Part shown: positions 36,415 through 48,261 of the stretch, piece after piece
How positions within the stretch are numbered: the first letter of the stretch is position 1
Layout: every line of letters starts with the position of its first letter
Source: Entomortierella parvispora E1425
Lineage: Eukaryota; Fungi; Mortierellomycota
Direction of reading: 5' to 3'
Length of the DNA: 64,000 bases
Assembly (NCBI GenBank): GCA_020891255.1
Contig: BQFW01000008.1
Coordinates: 2,356,001-2,420,000, forward strand
Notes under the pieces: model-generated
The model's database searches: none
Seen by the model: only the letters and a program-made list of their open reading frames with translations
Told to the model about the DNA's origin: nothing
Position numbers and translations under genes: made by a program

Positions 36415-37359
36415 GTTACACAAACACTTGTAATGAATCGTGGAAAGTTTGACTACAGTACCGCTATTCTTGATCTGGACTGCGGGGGATGCTAAGAACA
36501 AGTCAACGATTTGCGTTGGATCTATTCCGGTGATCACGATGATAACAATAAGTAAAAAAGCTTGATAGATCGGCAAAACGAGCTCAATACTCCTAGAACA
36601 TAATCACGTTTGTTTACCTGTCCCTTCCATTTTTTTTTTGTAGATGCCGTAGTTAGCGTGCAGACCAGGTGAAGTGATGTTGGCTGAGTAGTCGTTCCTT
36701 GATACGACACCAAGAGCTGTCCACTGGTTATTGTTGATTTGAAGCACTACCAGGACCTGTGAAACGTCGTGTATGGGGACCTTATTGTCTGAAACGGGCC
36801 TCCAAACAGTCCCGACGTTGTGGTAAAACAACAGGTTGCTGTCCCGGGATACCACAATATCGCCCAGCTGTAAATATCGTCACAAACAACCACGCACCAT
36901 CCGTTTGATCGCAGAAACTCTACAAGACCTATCTTGGCGTCCAACGGCCAGGAGAAGACCCTTTCAAGGTTTCTCTTGGCAGAAAGATACATCTGCTTAC
37001 GCATTTTCTGTTTCGAGCTGACACGGTCCTCCAGGTGGATGACAGCCTGCTCAGCCTGCCTTGCCGCCTTGTTACGAAACTCTTCGAGGCGAATGCTCGC
37101 TGCCCTTTTCTCGACTGAAGGCTGGCCGTCCATATACAGAGCGGATTTGATTTGTGCTGCATACTTCATAATGGCGGCTTGAACGATCAGGCGCGCCTTA
37201 TCTGCGGGCCATCCGAATTATTGTAAAGAAGCATCCAAGGATATTGATATGACGACGAAGGCCCTGGTCCCAGGATTTAAAGTGCGTTGAATTCGGATGG
37301 GCGAATGTGGGCTCGTAGCCCTTCTTGCGAATGAATGGCCACGCTCTAACGACACCCAT
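36415..37359 (-). pseudogene. Degenerate XPG/FEN1-like PIN-domain nuclease gene, probably a mobile-element relic
   Basis: MGVVRAWPFIRKKGY...RHINILGCFF; after a frameshift, LYMDGQPSVEK...FLRSNGWCVVVC; after a frameshift, GDIVVSRDSNLLFY...VWRP...LGVVSRNDY; after an intron, DPTQIVDLFLASPAVQIKN; after a frameshift, TFHDSLQVFV*. At least three frameshifts; catalytic acidic residues degraded. Confidence 0.6.
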
Positions 37360-37989
37360 AGTTGGAGGAATGAAAGGGTGGAGGTGATGGGAATCAAAAA
37401 AAAAAAAAAAAAATGGAAAGGAGCAATTAAAGGATTTGAGGACTGTGGTACCTGCCGTGGAAGCAGTGAAGACGCGTTGCCCTGGGTAAAGGAGCGACGC
37501 GTGCTTTCTTATGATCCACCTTTCCTTCGTCCGTGAACATCCATTCAATCCTCCGTTCGTCCTGCTCGATCATCTATTCGTACGTCCCAACATCCATCAC
37601 AGTTCTTGTCGCTAGCGACTCATCGTCGGGGTGCTGCCTCCTGTCATCAACAAACATTGAAGCTCGCTCCCACACAGCTTCTGACAGCACGCCCCTCTGT
37701 ACTTGATCTTAGATAGCTCCAGGAGTTGAGAAACTCATGGTTGAACTGCCACTGAATGGAGCACAGTTGCGAAGAGTTTTACTCTTGCTTGAGGCTCTTC
37801 AGGATCTGGCGACATTAGAGTCTTAAGAAGCTTGTCGGAAATCGATAATATGGCGGGTGGGGAGAGGGTGGATATGGGCTATGATGACATGGAGCAACGA
37901 TCTTATATTTATGAATATTTTGATATGTACAAACTGACTAGGAGGTTCAAAGTAAAGTCTTCCTAATCATCATGATATCCGCGGTCCAC

Positions 37990-38092
37990 TTCTTCGTAGT
38001 CGTGTCCGTAGTGGTCTTCATGGTCATCTTCATAGTGATCTTCGTGGTCATCTTCGTGGTCGTCTTCGTGGTAGTCTTCGTGGCTGATCATT
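37990..38092. repeat. Degenerate 12-bp tandem repeat (TCTTCGTGGTCA-like); the minus strand reads HEDY HEDD HEDD HEDH YEDD HEDH
   Basis: Seen directly between the PIN relic and monooxygenase 5. Confidence 0.75.
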
Positions 38093-38200
38093 GTCGCAAG
38101 GCCCCTCCCGCATCTCAGCAATCGCCTTTTGCATCTCGACGAGGAACCGCTTGTTGTTGGGTTTCTCTCTGAAGGTTATCTCCTTTAAGTAGCTCTTCTG

Positions 38201-40529
38201 CTAAACCACGACAACTTGATCTCCAGAAGGCACAATCTTCTTACTCAACTCCTGCTCTTCCTTCTCTTTCTTTTCCTTGCACTCTTGAATGTACCTCTGG
38301 CAAGGTTTTTGGGGCAGAGGTGCGACCGATCCTTTGTTCTTTGTCAGAGGCAAAAACATAATCTGAGGTCTGTAAAGCGCTGCCTTTTCATACTGCCTCT
38401 GCTGGACAGAGTGGGGGAGATACTTCAGTAGAACGGTGCGCATCAATCGATCGGACCAAGACTGTCCCAACATAATCTTGGACACCATCTGACTCAAGTT
38501 GTAGGCATCCTTGGCGCGTTCATAGCGTTGACTGTAAAAGCTCTCGAAGGCCTCTGTGATACTCTTCGCGGACTTGTCTTTCAGATCATAAAAACAGTTG
38601 GCCAAGATCACGGCGTCTGAGTGTGTATATAGTGAGATAACATATGTGAATAAGTACAGGGTATTTGAAGCTTTTTGAAAATCAGGCTCATCCACGTATA
38701 TTTACCTTGCATGGCATTGACGGCTCCTTGACCAGCTGAAGGCAGCATCTACCAGCGTAGACCCAGACAGAGTTTAGCAACACTGATCAGTCAACATTCC
38801 AGATTAGAGCCATCAATTTACAGAGACTTCCCGTTACCTTGTGGCAAGCTGTTGAACAGCAAAGTCATCAGAAAAGGTAAACATAGTGAAGATGAGCGGT
38901 TAGCAAGTGCTGGACTTTGAGAGGAAGACCTCCATCTACGTGTGTGCACATACCATCACCAATGAGGACAGAGCGACCATGATACCAAGTTTTGAACATC
39001 TTGTGCTCCAAAAAAACCTTGGAGATCAACTCTGGAGGTGTAGCATCAATAAAATCACCCATCGTGCCTCCAAATGGATTCGGACGAGAATGAAATTCCT
39101 TGATCATCTCTTTGTTGGACTCGGGTCCCCATTCTGAGTTCATGAATTGTTGCCGTTGAGCCTCTGCTTGACTTGCAAACTGAATATTGGCTGACCAACT
39201 GAAACGATTGCCTTTCTGACTGATGGCTAAGAGGATGAAGAGAGAGAGAGAGAGTCAGTTGTTGTAACCATCCAAGATTCCCTTCTCATCTCCCATATGA
39301 CTTGATGTATCCTACCGCCCCACTAGAACGGGGGGAGAGTGTGGATTAGTCCCAGGGTCCAAAAAGAAAGTTGCCCCTTTCATTTTTTTCAAAGTGCCCC
39401 TTCTTACATTATGACGGACGCCTCCAACAACGGATCTGAAATGAGTGAAGTCGTCCTTGAGTTCCGGGTACTTTTCTGGATCCACGGGCCCTGTTATGCC
39501 AACCATACAGGTGTATCCGATCCCCATTGGCTCCTTGTCCGGTTTGGGTAACTTGCCACTCTCTTCCAAGAGGCGGTACATGTTTTGTCTGAAAGTCAAA
39601 GAAAGTATGGTTAGAAGGATTCTTTCCCTCTGATCCAAATACATACAAAACACCAACCCCTCCCTCGATGATAGTGTACCTGACAGCGCTATAGGTACCA
39701 TCCGCACCAATGACCATGTCCGCCTCGTAGACCGAGTTGTCGGCGCAGGTGACCCTGACCTTGTCCGGGGCGTCTTCCGGCTCTTCAATCTTGAGCACAC
39801 GTTTGTTGTTGATGATCCGTTCAGAAGAGATTTTGGACAGCAGCAGTCGGTGAAAGTCTGGTCGAAGAAAGATGATGTTGTCGTATCCTGTCCTATGTGC
39901 AGCATGATGGGTCAAGCGGGAAAGAACAGACACAGAGGATGAGCATGGTCACAATTGGCGCAAGGGCAAGGCTCTCAGGTTTGTTTTGTTGCTATTCCTT
40001 ATCCCTTTGGCTGCTGGTTAATTAGATGTGCATTGGCTCTCTGCTTTCCCGACAACTAGAGGTTCCGTTCAAATCCCCTCTCGAAGGGTTCAGCTATTTA
40101 CGATTCAGGCATACAGGGGAAAGTTATCACTTACAATTCCTTTTGGCCCTTCATAAGAACTTCTCCCATGGCCGTCAGGTGTTCGTCAAACTGAAGCATT
40201 GTATGGCATTCCAAGCTGATATCCTGGAGTTCTTTCAGCATGCCTAGTTGCTCAAAGACAGGTAGAAGATGGGGACCCATGGCCATAGCTGAACCTGAAG
40301 TATCGATCACGAAAAAAAAAAATAGGTTTTAGAGAGAAGTAGCCATTGCAGACGTTTGTTAATTTGATAAATGAAGTTTACCGAGCGATCGGAATACGGC
40401 TGAGCGCTCAAGAACGGTGTACTCGATGCCGATGCGATCCAGCAGAATGGCCAGCAAAAGACCACCGAGACCGGCACCGACAATGATGACGGATGGAAGG
40501 TCCCTGTTTTCTGTTGAAAGGCTCGTCAT
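38201..40529 (-). CDS. FAD-dependent monooxygenase, paralog 5; multi-exon
   Basis: SVIIVGAGLGG, VIGADGTYSAVR, VLIGD^ACHK^MLPSAGQGAVNAMQ^DAVILAN and YRPQIMFLP. Confidence 0.9.
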
Positions 40530-41167
40530 ATTGGGAGCAAGGGTTGATGGGAGCAGGAGGTAATGGCGGAGAAGGTGGGTCCGAAAGAGGAAGAGAGAAG
40601 GAGAAAGAGAACGAAGGGAAACAAGAAAAGGGACCAAGCAAGAGCAACTTTAATCAAGGGGACTGGTGCTCTACGAGGCGGACGTGGGGACGCAGGGCTA
40701 AAATTGGTGGCGTCGCAAACGTCCAATTGGGACATTTGGAGTCTTTTCGGCATAGAGCCCCTTTGTTCCCTTGGGCACGGGCGCTTGAAGACTGTGCAGA
40801 ACAGACAGGTACATATTTCGGTCAATTGGGGTTAAGCATGGATGATCTCAAGAGGGACAGACTTGACAGCTGTCATCCCATTCTCTCCACCCCCACTCTG
40901 ACTGTGAAAATGAAAAATGAATCTGGACCCCCTCCCCCTCGCCGAGCGAGCAGCAAACAGACAGTTAGCGGCCGAATGGCACCTCTCCCGCCGTCGACTC
41001 CGCTACAGCAGCCAACCAGTCTGTGGGAGTGCACTCTATTGTATTAAAATAGAGGCCAGATCGGAGGTCGGAGGTTGGAGTGGACGCGAGTTGAACGGTG
41101 AATGAGATGCCCACATCGGAGAATATATATATATGTAGTGACTGCGAGAAGGGGTCGTGGCTGCAAG

Positions 41168-41174
41168 TGAGTCA
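41168..41174. promoter_or_regulatory. Gcn4/CpcA-type AP-1 element TGAGTCA (= TGACTCA), ~234 bp upstream of the HIS4 start
   Basis: Exact canonical heptamer in the divergent promoter of an amino-acid biosynthesis gene. Confidence 0.55.
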
Positions 41175-41407
41175 GTGTGTCTGTGTGCAGTGAAATGATT
41201 TTTTTTCATTCTTTTTTTTTTTTTCGTTCATCTACGGGCTGTGCGTCATTGCACGGCGATCGTGCGGGTGTTCTGTTGTTGAGTGTTGAGTGTGTTATTT
41301 GTTGGTCAAAAAGGGTCTTTTCCTTCTCTCTCTCCTATTCTCTTCTTCTCTTTACTCCATTCCTTCATTCCATTCCATCCCCCCCCCCCCCCCATCTCAA
41401 AGGAAGA

Positions 41408-44365
41408 ATGATCATTCCTCGCATCGACCTCGCGGCCGAAGACTGCAAGGCTCAGCTCAGCGCTTACCGCCTGTTGCCTAACCAGGTCCTCGTTGCCCCC
41501 ACCGCCGACAACGCCACTCTCCAGACTATCCTCAAGAACCAGAACAAGGATGCCTACTGGGTCCAGCCCGCCCAGTTCGACTCTCAGGATCCTCTTGCCC
41601 AGATCCACATGCTCCTCGATGCCGGATCGGACAAGGTCGTCCTCCCCTACGCAGCCTTTGCTGCCGATGCTTCCGCCTTTTCCCACATTCCCCAGGAGCG
41701 TCTTGCTGTCGCCTTGACCCTGGCCGAGTTTGAGCAGGTCCAGGCCTCTCTCCTCTCCTTGGTCTCCGTCTTCATCCTCACCATCAACGACCCCCCCAGC
41801 AGCACCAACACTGAGGCGATCAAGCGAGTCGCCCAGGCCGCTCAAGCTGGATTGTTGCCCCGCGGCGGAATCAAGCGAGTCGTTGCGTCATTCTCCGAGA
41901 ACACCGTCCCCCAGCTGGCCTCTATCACGGACCTCGGCCGCGCAGGCATTGATATTCTCTTGTCCAGCAACGTCTTGTCCAAGGACATTCAGGAAGGAAA
42001 GCTGAACATCGGACAGGCCTTTATGTCTACTGTTGTGTCCGACAGAGCCGATGGGTTGTTCCCCACCGTGGTTGTGGATGAGCAAGGAATCTCTTTGGGC
42101 TTGGTGTACTCTTCTCTCGACAGCGTGGTAGAGTCGTTCAAGACTGGAAAGGGCGTTTACTTTTCAAGAACCAGAGGTCTTTGGCACAAGGGTGCCTCGT
42201 CCGGTTCTACTCAGGATCTGGTCAAGGTTCACGTTGACTGCGACAGCGATGCTCTTCAGTTCACCGTCCACCAGCACGGCACTGGTATGTCGGCTATTCT
42301 TTTTCGTTTTATGATCAATTGATTACACCGTAATAACCTTTTTTACTTGTCGATATCTACTAGGTTTCTGCCACAACAACATTCGTGGATGCTTTGGACC
42401 TTCCTCTGGATTGGCTCATTTGGACCAGACCTTGCAAAGCCGCAGGATCTCTGCCCCCGCTGGATCTTACACTCAGCGTCTCTTCAATGACAGTAACCTG
42501 GTGAAGTCCAAGATCATGGAGGAGGCAGAGGAGTTGTGTGACGCATCCACACCCGAGGATATTGCTTGGGAGACTGCCGATTTGATCTACTTTGCTTTGG
42601 TCAAGTGTGTTGCTAACGGCGTGACTCTCAGGGATGTTGAGCAGCAGCTTGAGAACCGATCCCGTAAAATCAGTCGCCGCCCTGGTCATGCCAAGCCAAA
42701 GTGGGATGTCAGTGCCAAGGAGGCTCTTCTTGCAGCCGCCGCTGCTGCCGTTGTTGCAGCACCCGCAGCTCCCCAACTTACCGTCGCTGACCCACCTGCC
42801 GCACCCAAGCCTGCAGTCGCTGCCCAGAGCGGAAGCGCAAAGTCTGGCCGCATTTCCATGAAGTCCTACAAGATGAACGCCCTTTCCGCTGACGAGCAGA
42901 AGAAGCTGTTGCTTCGCCCCATTATCCAGTCAGATGACATCATGGCCCGCGTCAAGCCCATTGTGCAGAGTGTCCGAGAGCGTGGTGATGCCGCATTGTT
43001 GGAGTTGACTGCCAAGTTTGACGGTGTTCAGTTGCAAAGCACTGTGATCTCTGCTCCATTCTCACCCGAATCGATGATCCTGGACGAGCAAACACGCAGA
43101 GCTATCGATCAGGCATACGACAACATTCAAAAGTTCCACGCTGCACAATTACAGGACCAGGCTCTGGTGGTGGAGACAATGCCTGGAGTGGTCTGCACAC
43201 GATTCTCTAGACCCATTGAGCGTGTTGGATTGTACGTTCCCGGTGGTACGGCCGTCTTGCCCTCGACAGCTCTTATGTTGGGTATCCCTGCTGCTGTCGC
43301 AGGATGCAGTGAGATTGTTATTGCTACTCCTCCCCGTAAGGACGGCAGCATTGTTCCCGAGGTTATGTATGTGGCGCACAAGGTTGGAGCCTCCAAGGTC
43401 TTGATGGCTGGAGGAGCACAGGCCGTTGCTGCTATGGCTTACGGAACAGAATCTTGCCCCAAGGTCGATAAGATTTGTGGACCTGGAAACCAATATGTTA
43501 CCGCCGCCAAGATGTTGACTCAGGTAAGAAAAAAAAATTGCCTCTTGTGTTCTCGAATCGAAATGTATAATTCAGCATTGTGATGTTGACTTTTTCCTTT
43601 GTTTTTTTTAATGTAGATTGATAGCTCTTCCCTTGTATCGATTGATATGCCTGCTGGTCCTTCAGAATTGTTGGTGATTGCAGACATGACAAGTGTACCC
43701 GCCTATGTCGCCTCTGATTTGTTGTCACAGGCTGAGCACGGAACGGATTCACAGGTGGTTTTGATTGCAGTTGGATTGACAGCCGAGCACTTGAGCGCAA
43801 TTGAGGATGAGGTTCACGAGCAAGCAAACCGTTTGCCTCGTGTGGACATTGTGAGAGAATCCATCCCCAAGAGTTATATCATTGCAGTGGATTCAATGGA
43901 GGAAGCTATGAAGTTCTCGAACGAGTATGCGCCAGAGCATTTGATCTTGCACCTCGAGGAGGCAGAGCGCCATGTGGAGCAGGTCATGAATGCAGGAAGT
44001 GTCTTTGTTGGTCACTGGTCTCCTGAAAGGTAAGCACATGCACCCTTTTGCGATTGTTTTGGAATCGAATAGTTGCGTTTCTTTAAAAGTGTTACTCATA
44101 TTCATTTACTTGTTGCATTTTCCCTTATTACAGTTGTGGAGACTATGCTTCGGGTACCAACCATACCTTGCCCACGTACGGATATGCCCGCATGTACTCT
44201 GGCGTGAACACGGATACGTTCTTGAAGCACATTACCTCTCAGCAGTTGACCAAGGAGGGACTGGATGCTATCGGTGACACTGTAATGCGTCTTGCAGAGA
44301 TTGAGGGTCTGGAGGCTCATAGAAACGCTGTGGGAGTCCGAATTCGCGACATCCGTGGACTTTAA
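41408..44365 (+). CDS. HIS4: Trifunctional histidine biosynthesis protein (PR-AMP cyclohydrolase / PR-ATP pyrophosphohydrolase / histidinol dehydrogenase); multi-exon
   Basis: [14 protein letters not shown]...DCDSDAL...GFCH, SYTQRLF...KIMEEAEEL...[43 protein letters not shown] and [10 protein letters not shown]. Confidence 0.96.
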
Positions 44366-44707
44366 GGAACGGAAACATGTCATGGCATTTCACCTATTTT
44401 ACCTTTTCGTTGACAATAAATGTTTCCAGTCAAAGGCGGCCAGCGGCCATTTTTCCCATCCTATCAAAGTATCAAAGTGCATGCAAAGTGAAAAACAATA
44501 GTTTCCGTTTCCTTGCCCTATTTTCTAGAAATCTGCTTTCTGGCGTTTGATTCCCCCCTTCATTCTTCTCTGTGGATGACCCACTTTTCCAGAACGCTCC
44601 TTCTCTGTGATTTTGGTTCAGACAATGATGTATTGCAATGGTTGATGATGCTTCGCTGTATGGTATTCTCTCCTTGGGATCAGTCTTTTTCCTTTGAACG
44701 AAGGCCC

Positions 44708-46866
44708 TTAAATAGCGACTGGCCCCTGATATGTGTCTGGGCTCTCTTCCTCCTGTCTCAAGAGCACCTCGGCGTAGCGCCTGGAAGCTTTTTGAGGACG
44801 GACAAATCCTGTGCCATGGACTTTGGCCAGGGGCAAGAACGCGGCCTGTGGACGGTACGAGGCCTTGACCTCAAATCCTCTTGTCGACACGCTTTCGGGC
44901 AAATAACTGAACACAACCTTGCGCATCAATCGTTCGAACCAAGTCTAAAGCGAATGGGACCGGGAGAACGAAGAAAAAGAGGGAAGAAGAGCCTTTGATT
45001 AATAGAGGAGCGGGCAGGGAGAGAACACTGAAAAGGAAAATCAGCTATTTTTCTTTCATTTTTTTTTTTTTTTTTTTTTTTTTTACCTGTCCATGTACCA
45101 GTCTTGACACAAACTGACTGTATTCGTAAAGGTGCTTGGCTTCAGGGTATCGGTGTGCTCTGTACTCTTCAAAAGCTGCCGTGATTCTTTCGCTCGTGGG
45201 TGGACTGTAGGTCAATCCTTTGGTGGTGGTGGGCTCATAGGGTGAGGAGGCAGGTGTGGCTAAAGCCTGATCCGAAGCTCCGAGTTCGTAGATGGCATTG
45301 GCCAACATCACAGCGTCTATGAGTGTGTATGTGCGTGCAAGTCAGCATCTGTGAGTTATTGAGCCAACATTGGGGATAGAAATATGGCCATTGAGATTGT
45401 CCACGTCTAATTACCTTGCATAGCATTGACAGCACCTATCGTCCAAAAAGCCATCAAAGAGATACGATAGGGTTGTCAGTTTTCTTTCCATAATGAGCAG
45501 CCAAAGCTTTGATCTTGGAGGATGCAGATTTTTTTTTTCAAGTCCATCCTTACCCTGACCAGCACTGGGCAGCATCTTGTGGCAGGCATCTCCCAAGAGA
45601 ACGGTCCGTCCATGGTACCACGTCTCAAACATTTTTTGCTCAAGGTAGACGCGAGAGATGATGTCCTTGGGTGTGGCATCGATGAGATCGCCCATGGTGC
45701 CGCCAAAGGGACACGTCAAAGGACGGAAGGTCTCGATGGTCTCCTCATTGAGCGAATCGGGTCCCCATTCCGAGTTTCGCTTCTTTTGCTCGTTTAGACG
45801 CGTTGCTGCGTCAACTTGTGTATAAAGACCCCAGCAGATACGGTTGCCCTTGATCGTGATTGCTGTCCACTATATTCCAGTTTGGAAAAAAAAAAAAAAA
45901 AAAAAAAAAAATTCAGATGAATGAATCGCATCAGTAAAAGAAAAAGAGAGAAAGAGAGAGACGGGACTTACGGTCAAGGTCTTGCTGCCAATGGTATTTG
46001 AAAACATCTTGCGCTCCTCTTTCAAGACGGGATACTTTTCAGGGTCCAAGGGTCCCGTCTTGCCGACCATGACCACATAACCGACCTCCAACTCCAATCC
46101 GTCGGGTTTGGGCAACAGACCCTTGGCCGCGACCTCTTTGTAGAGGCTGTGCCTGACAGCGCTGTAGGCCCCGTCGGCTCCGACCAGGATATCGCCCTCG
46201 TACGAGGATCCGTCTGTGCAGGTGATACTGACGCCTGTGGCGTTTGTCCTGTTCTCATCGTCCTTTGCATAGAGGTTCTCGGTGGTCTGGATGCGCTTGT
46301 TGAAAAGGATCTTGTGAGAGGGGATCTTGGAGAGCATCAGATCGTAAACATCGGACCGTGCCAACACGTTGTTGTCGTATCCTGTGCTATTAGATGACAA
46401 GAGGGAAGAATTAGACAAAAAGATAAAGAAAAGAAAACAGCGACCTGCTTCCTCCTCCCAAAGAGGTCAACTATCCCCTAGATGCCTTTGTTTTCTTTTC
46501 TTTCTCCGTCTTTTTTCTCCTTACATGCGACGGTATCCCTTAAACTCGATGGCGGCAACATGCTCGGCCTCGGCGCCCTTGACAAAGGCGTTGTAAACAT
46601 CCATGATAGGACAAGGGCCGGCCAATCGACCGATTTCGCCAATCATGCCCAATTGTTCAAAAACCGGTAGGATGTTGGCGTTAATGGACAATGCCGATCC
46701 TGAGTTCAAAGCACGACAAGAAGATAAGAGGGATAGAAAGAGAAGGAGAAACGAAAAGAAGAAAAGAAAGAGAAAGGTCAGTTCAGCACCTACCTCCCTT
46801 CCGTTCTGAACGTAAAATAGCCTTCTCTCTGATGTTCTGTTTGCGACATTCGTCCAAGGAGAGTGG

Positions 46867-46900
<34 letters not shown>

Positions 46901-47111
46901 TGGATCGATCAGTCAAACTCTCTCTGATGGAGGAGAGAGAAAAAAAAAGCTTACCCAATGGCTTCACAAAGAGTGCACGCTCGAAGACGGTGTAGTTGAC
47001 GTTAATTCGCTCCAGGAGCATGGCGAGCATCAGTCCTCCGAGTCCAGCTCCGGCGATGAGTACGCGAATGGGCTGTTCGTGGGGTTGAGGTGAGGTTATT
47101 TGGGAAGGCAT
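44708..47111 (-). CDS. FAD-dependent monooxygenase, paralog 6; multi-exon
   Basis: RVLIAGAGLGG, LVGADGAYSAVR, VLLGDACHKMLPSAGQ^GAVNAMQ^DAVMLAN and YRPQAAFLP. Confidence 0.9.
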
Positions 47112-48261
47112 GGTGGGTCTCAGGAGGTGGGGGTCCGAGGGGTGTGACAGAGGGAGCAGGAAGGGGCAAGAAGACGGATTGATGGAATGGTTCCGAAAGA
47201 ACAGAGTGGGAAGGGAAAGGAAGAGAAGGAAGGAGAGTTGAAAGAAGGAAAGAATCGCAAACAAAAGGAGAACAAGGAAGAGAGCAGGGAAGAGAAGACG
47301 AAAGAATAGAACAAGACCATCCCCCCATCCATGATACTATCATTCAATGAGACAACGATCCACCCTCTTCACCACCGCCATCATCGTCTGCTCATATTTT
47401 TTTTTCTTTCTTCTTGTTCATCCCACCCTCTTTTTGGTTGAAGGGCTGTTTTTGAGAGCCGACTGTGTTCATTTTGTGGTCTTGTCTGAGTATGGCAAGT
47501 GGTGAGAAGCATGGGGCGTCTATCGATGATTCCCTCATGTTGTGCCACAGTCGAATTTAATACTTGATCTTCCTCATGTCATGAACCGGATGCTGCTGAA
47601 CCAAAAAAAAAAAAAAAAAAAGAGAGAGCCCGAGTGGACAGAGGAAGCAGGTTGTTGTTTGTCCATCATTCCATCCATCCGTCCGTCGCTGAAAGTGGTC
47701 CCTCGCTTGTCGTTTCCCGTCGTTCCTTTTACCCGTGCTCAAGCAGAGACAAAAGAGATGAGCACCCTCGATTTGTTCTCTTTATTCGCTTGGACGGATG
47801 GATGGAAGGCTGCCCGTTCCCCTTCTCCCATGCAGGTCCGTCCTTGCAAAGTGAGAGCAGCTGGACCTAACCGCGATAGAGGCTGATTCACCACTGTCCC
47901 CATGGGTAAATCTTTTCCCTCTCCTTCCATGGTGAGATGAACACACCTTTGCATGCTATCCTTTTGCCCTTGCATCTGCACTGTCCCCTACTCATCTTTG
48001 AAAAAAAAAAACAAGAAAAAAAAACAACAACACTTGCTTACCTCGCAGTGTCCATCTTCAAGATTACAAAGCGGCAACAGCACATATCTCTATCCCGGAA
48101 ATGAAAAACAAAATATCAGAGAGCAGCCTAAAAAAAAAAAAACCCCCTGGAGAGATTCTAGCTTTGTGCCATTGGGGTTTGATTCTCTCTTTTCAAGTTG
48201 GTTTTTTATTATTCCTGGTTGGGAAGAACAAAGTTTTCTTTTCCTTCTTCTTCTCCTTCTT

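Noticed and set aside
38050-38203. Programmed stop-codon readthrough of monooxygenase 5
   Set aside because: The context TAG CAG AAG does not match known strong readthrough motifs, and the extension has no recognisable targeting signal.
10144-44365. Functional link between HIS4 and the His-rich giant protein
   Set aside because: They are 24 kb apart with unrelated genes in between, and there is no shared motif; proximity alone is not evidence.
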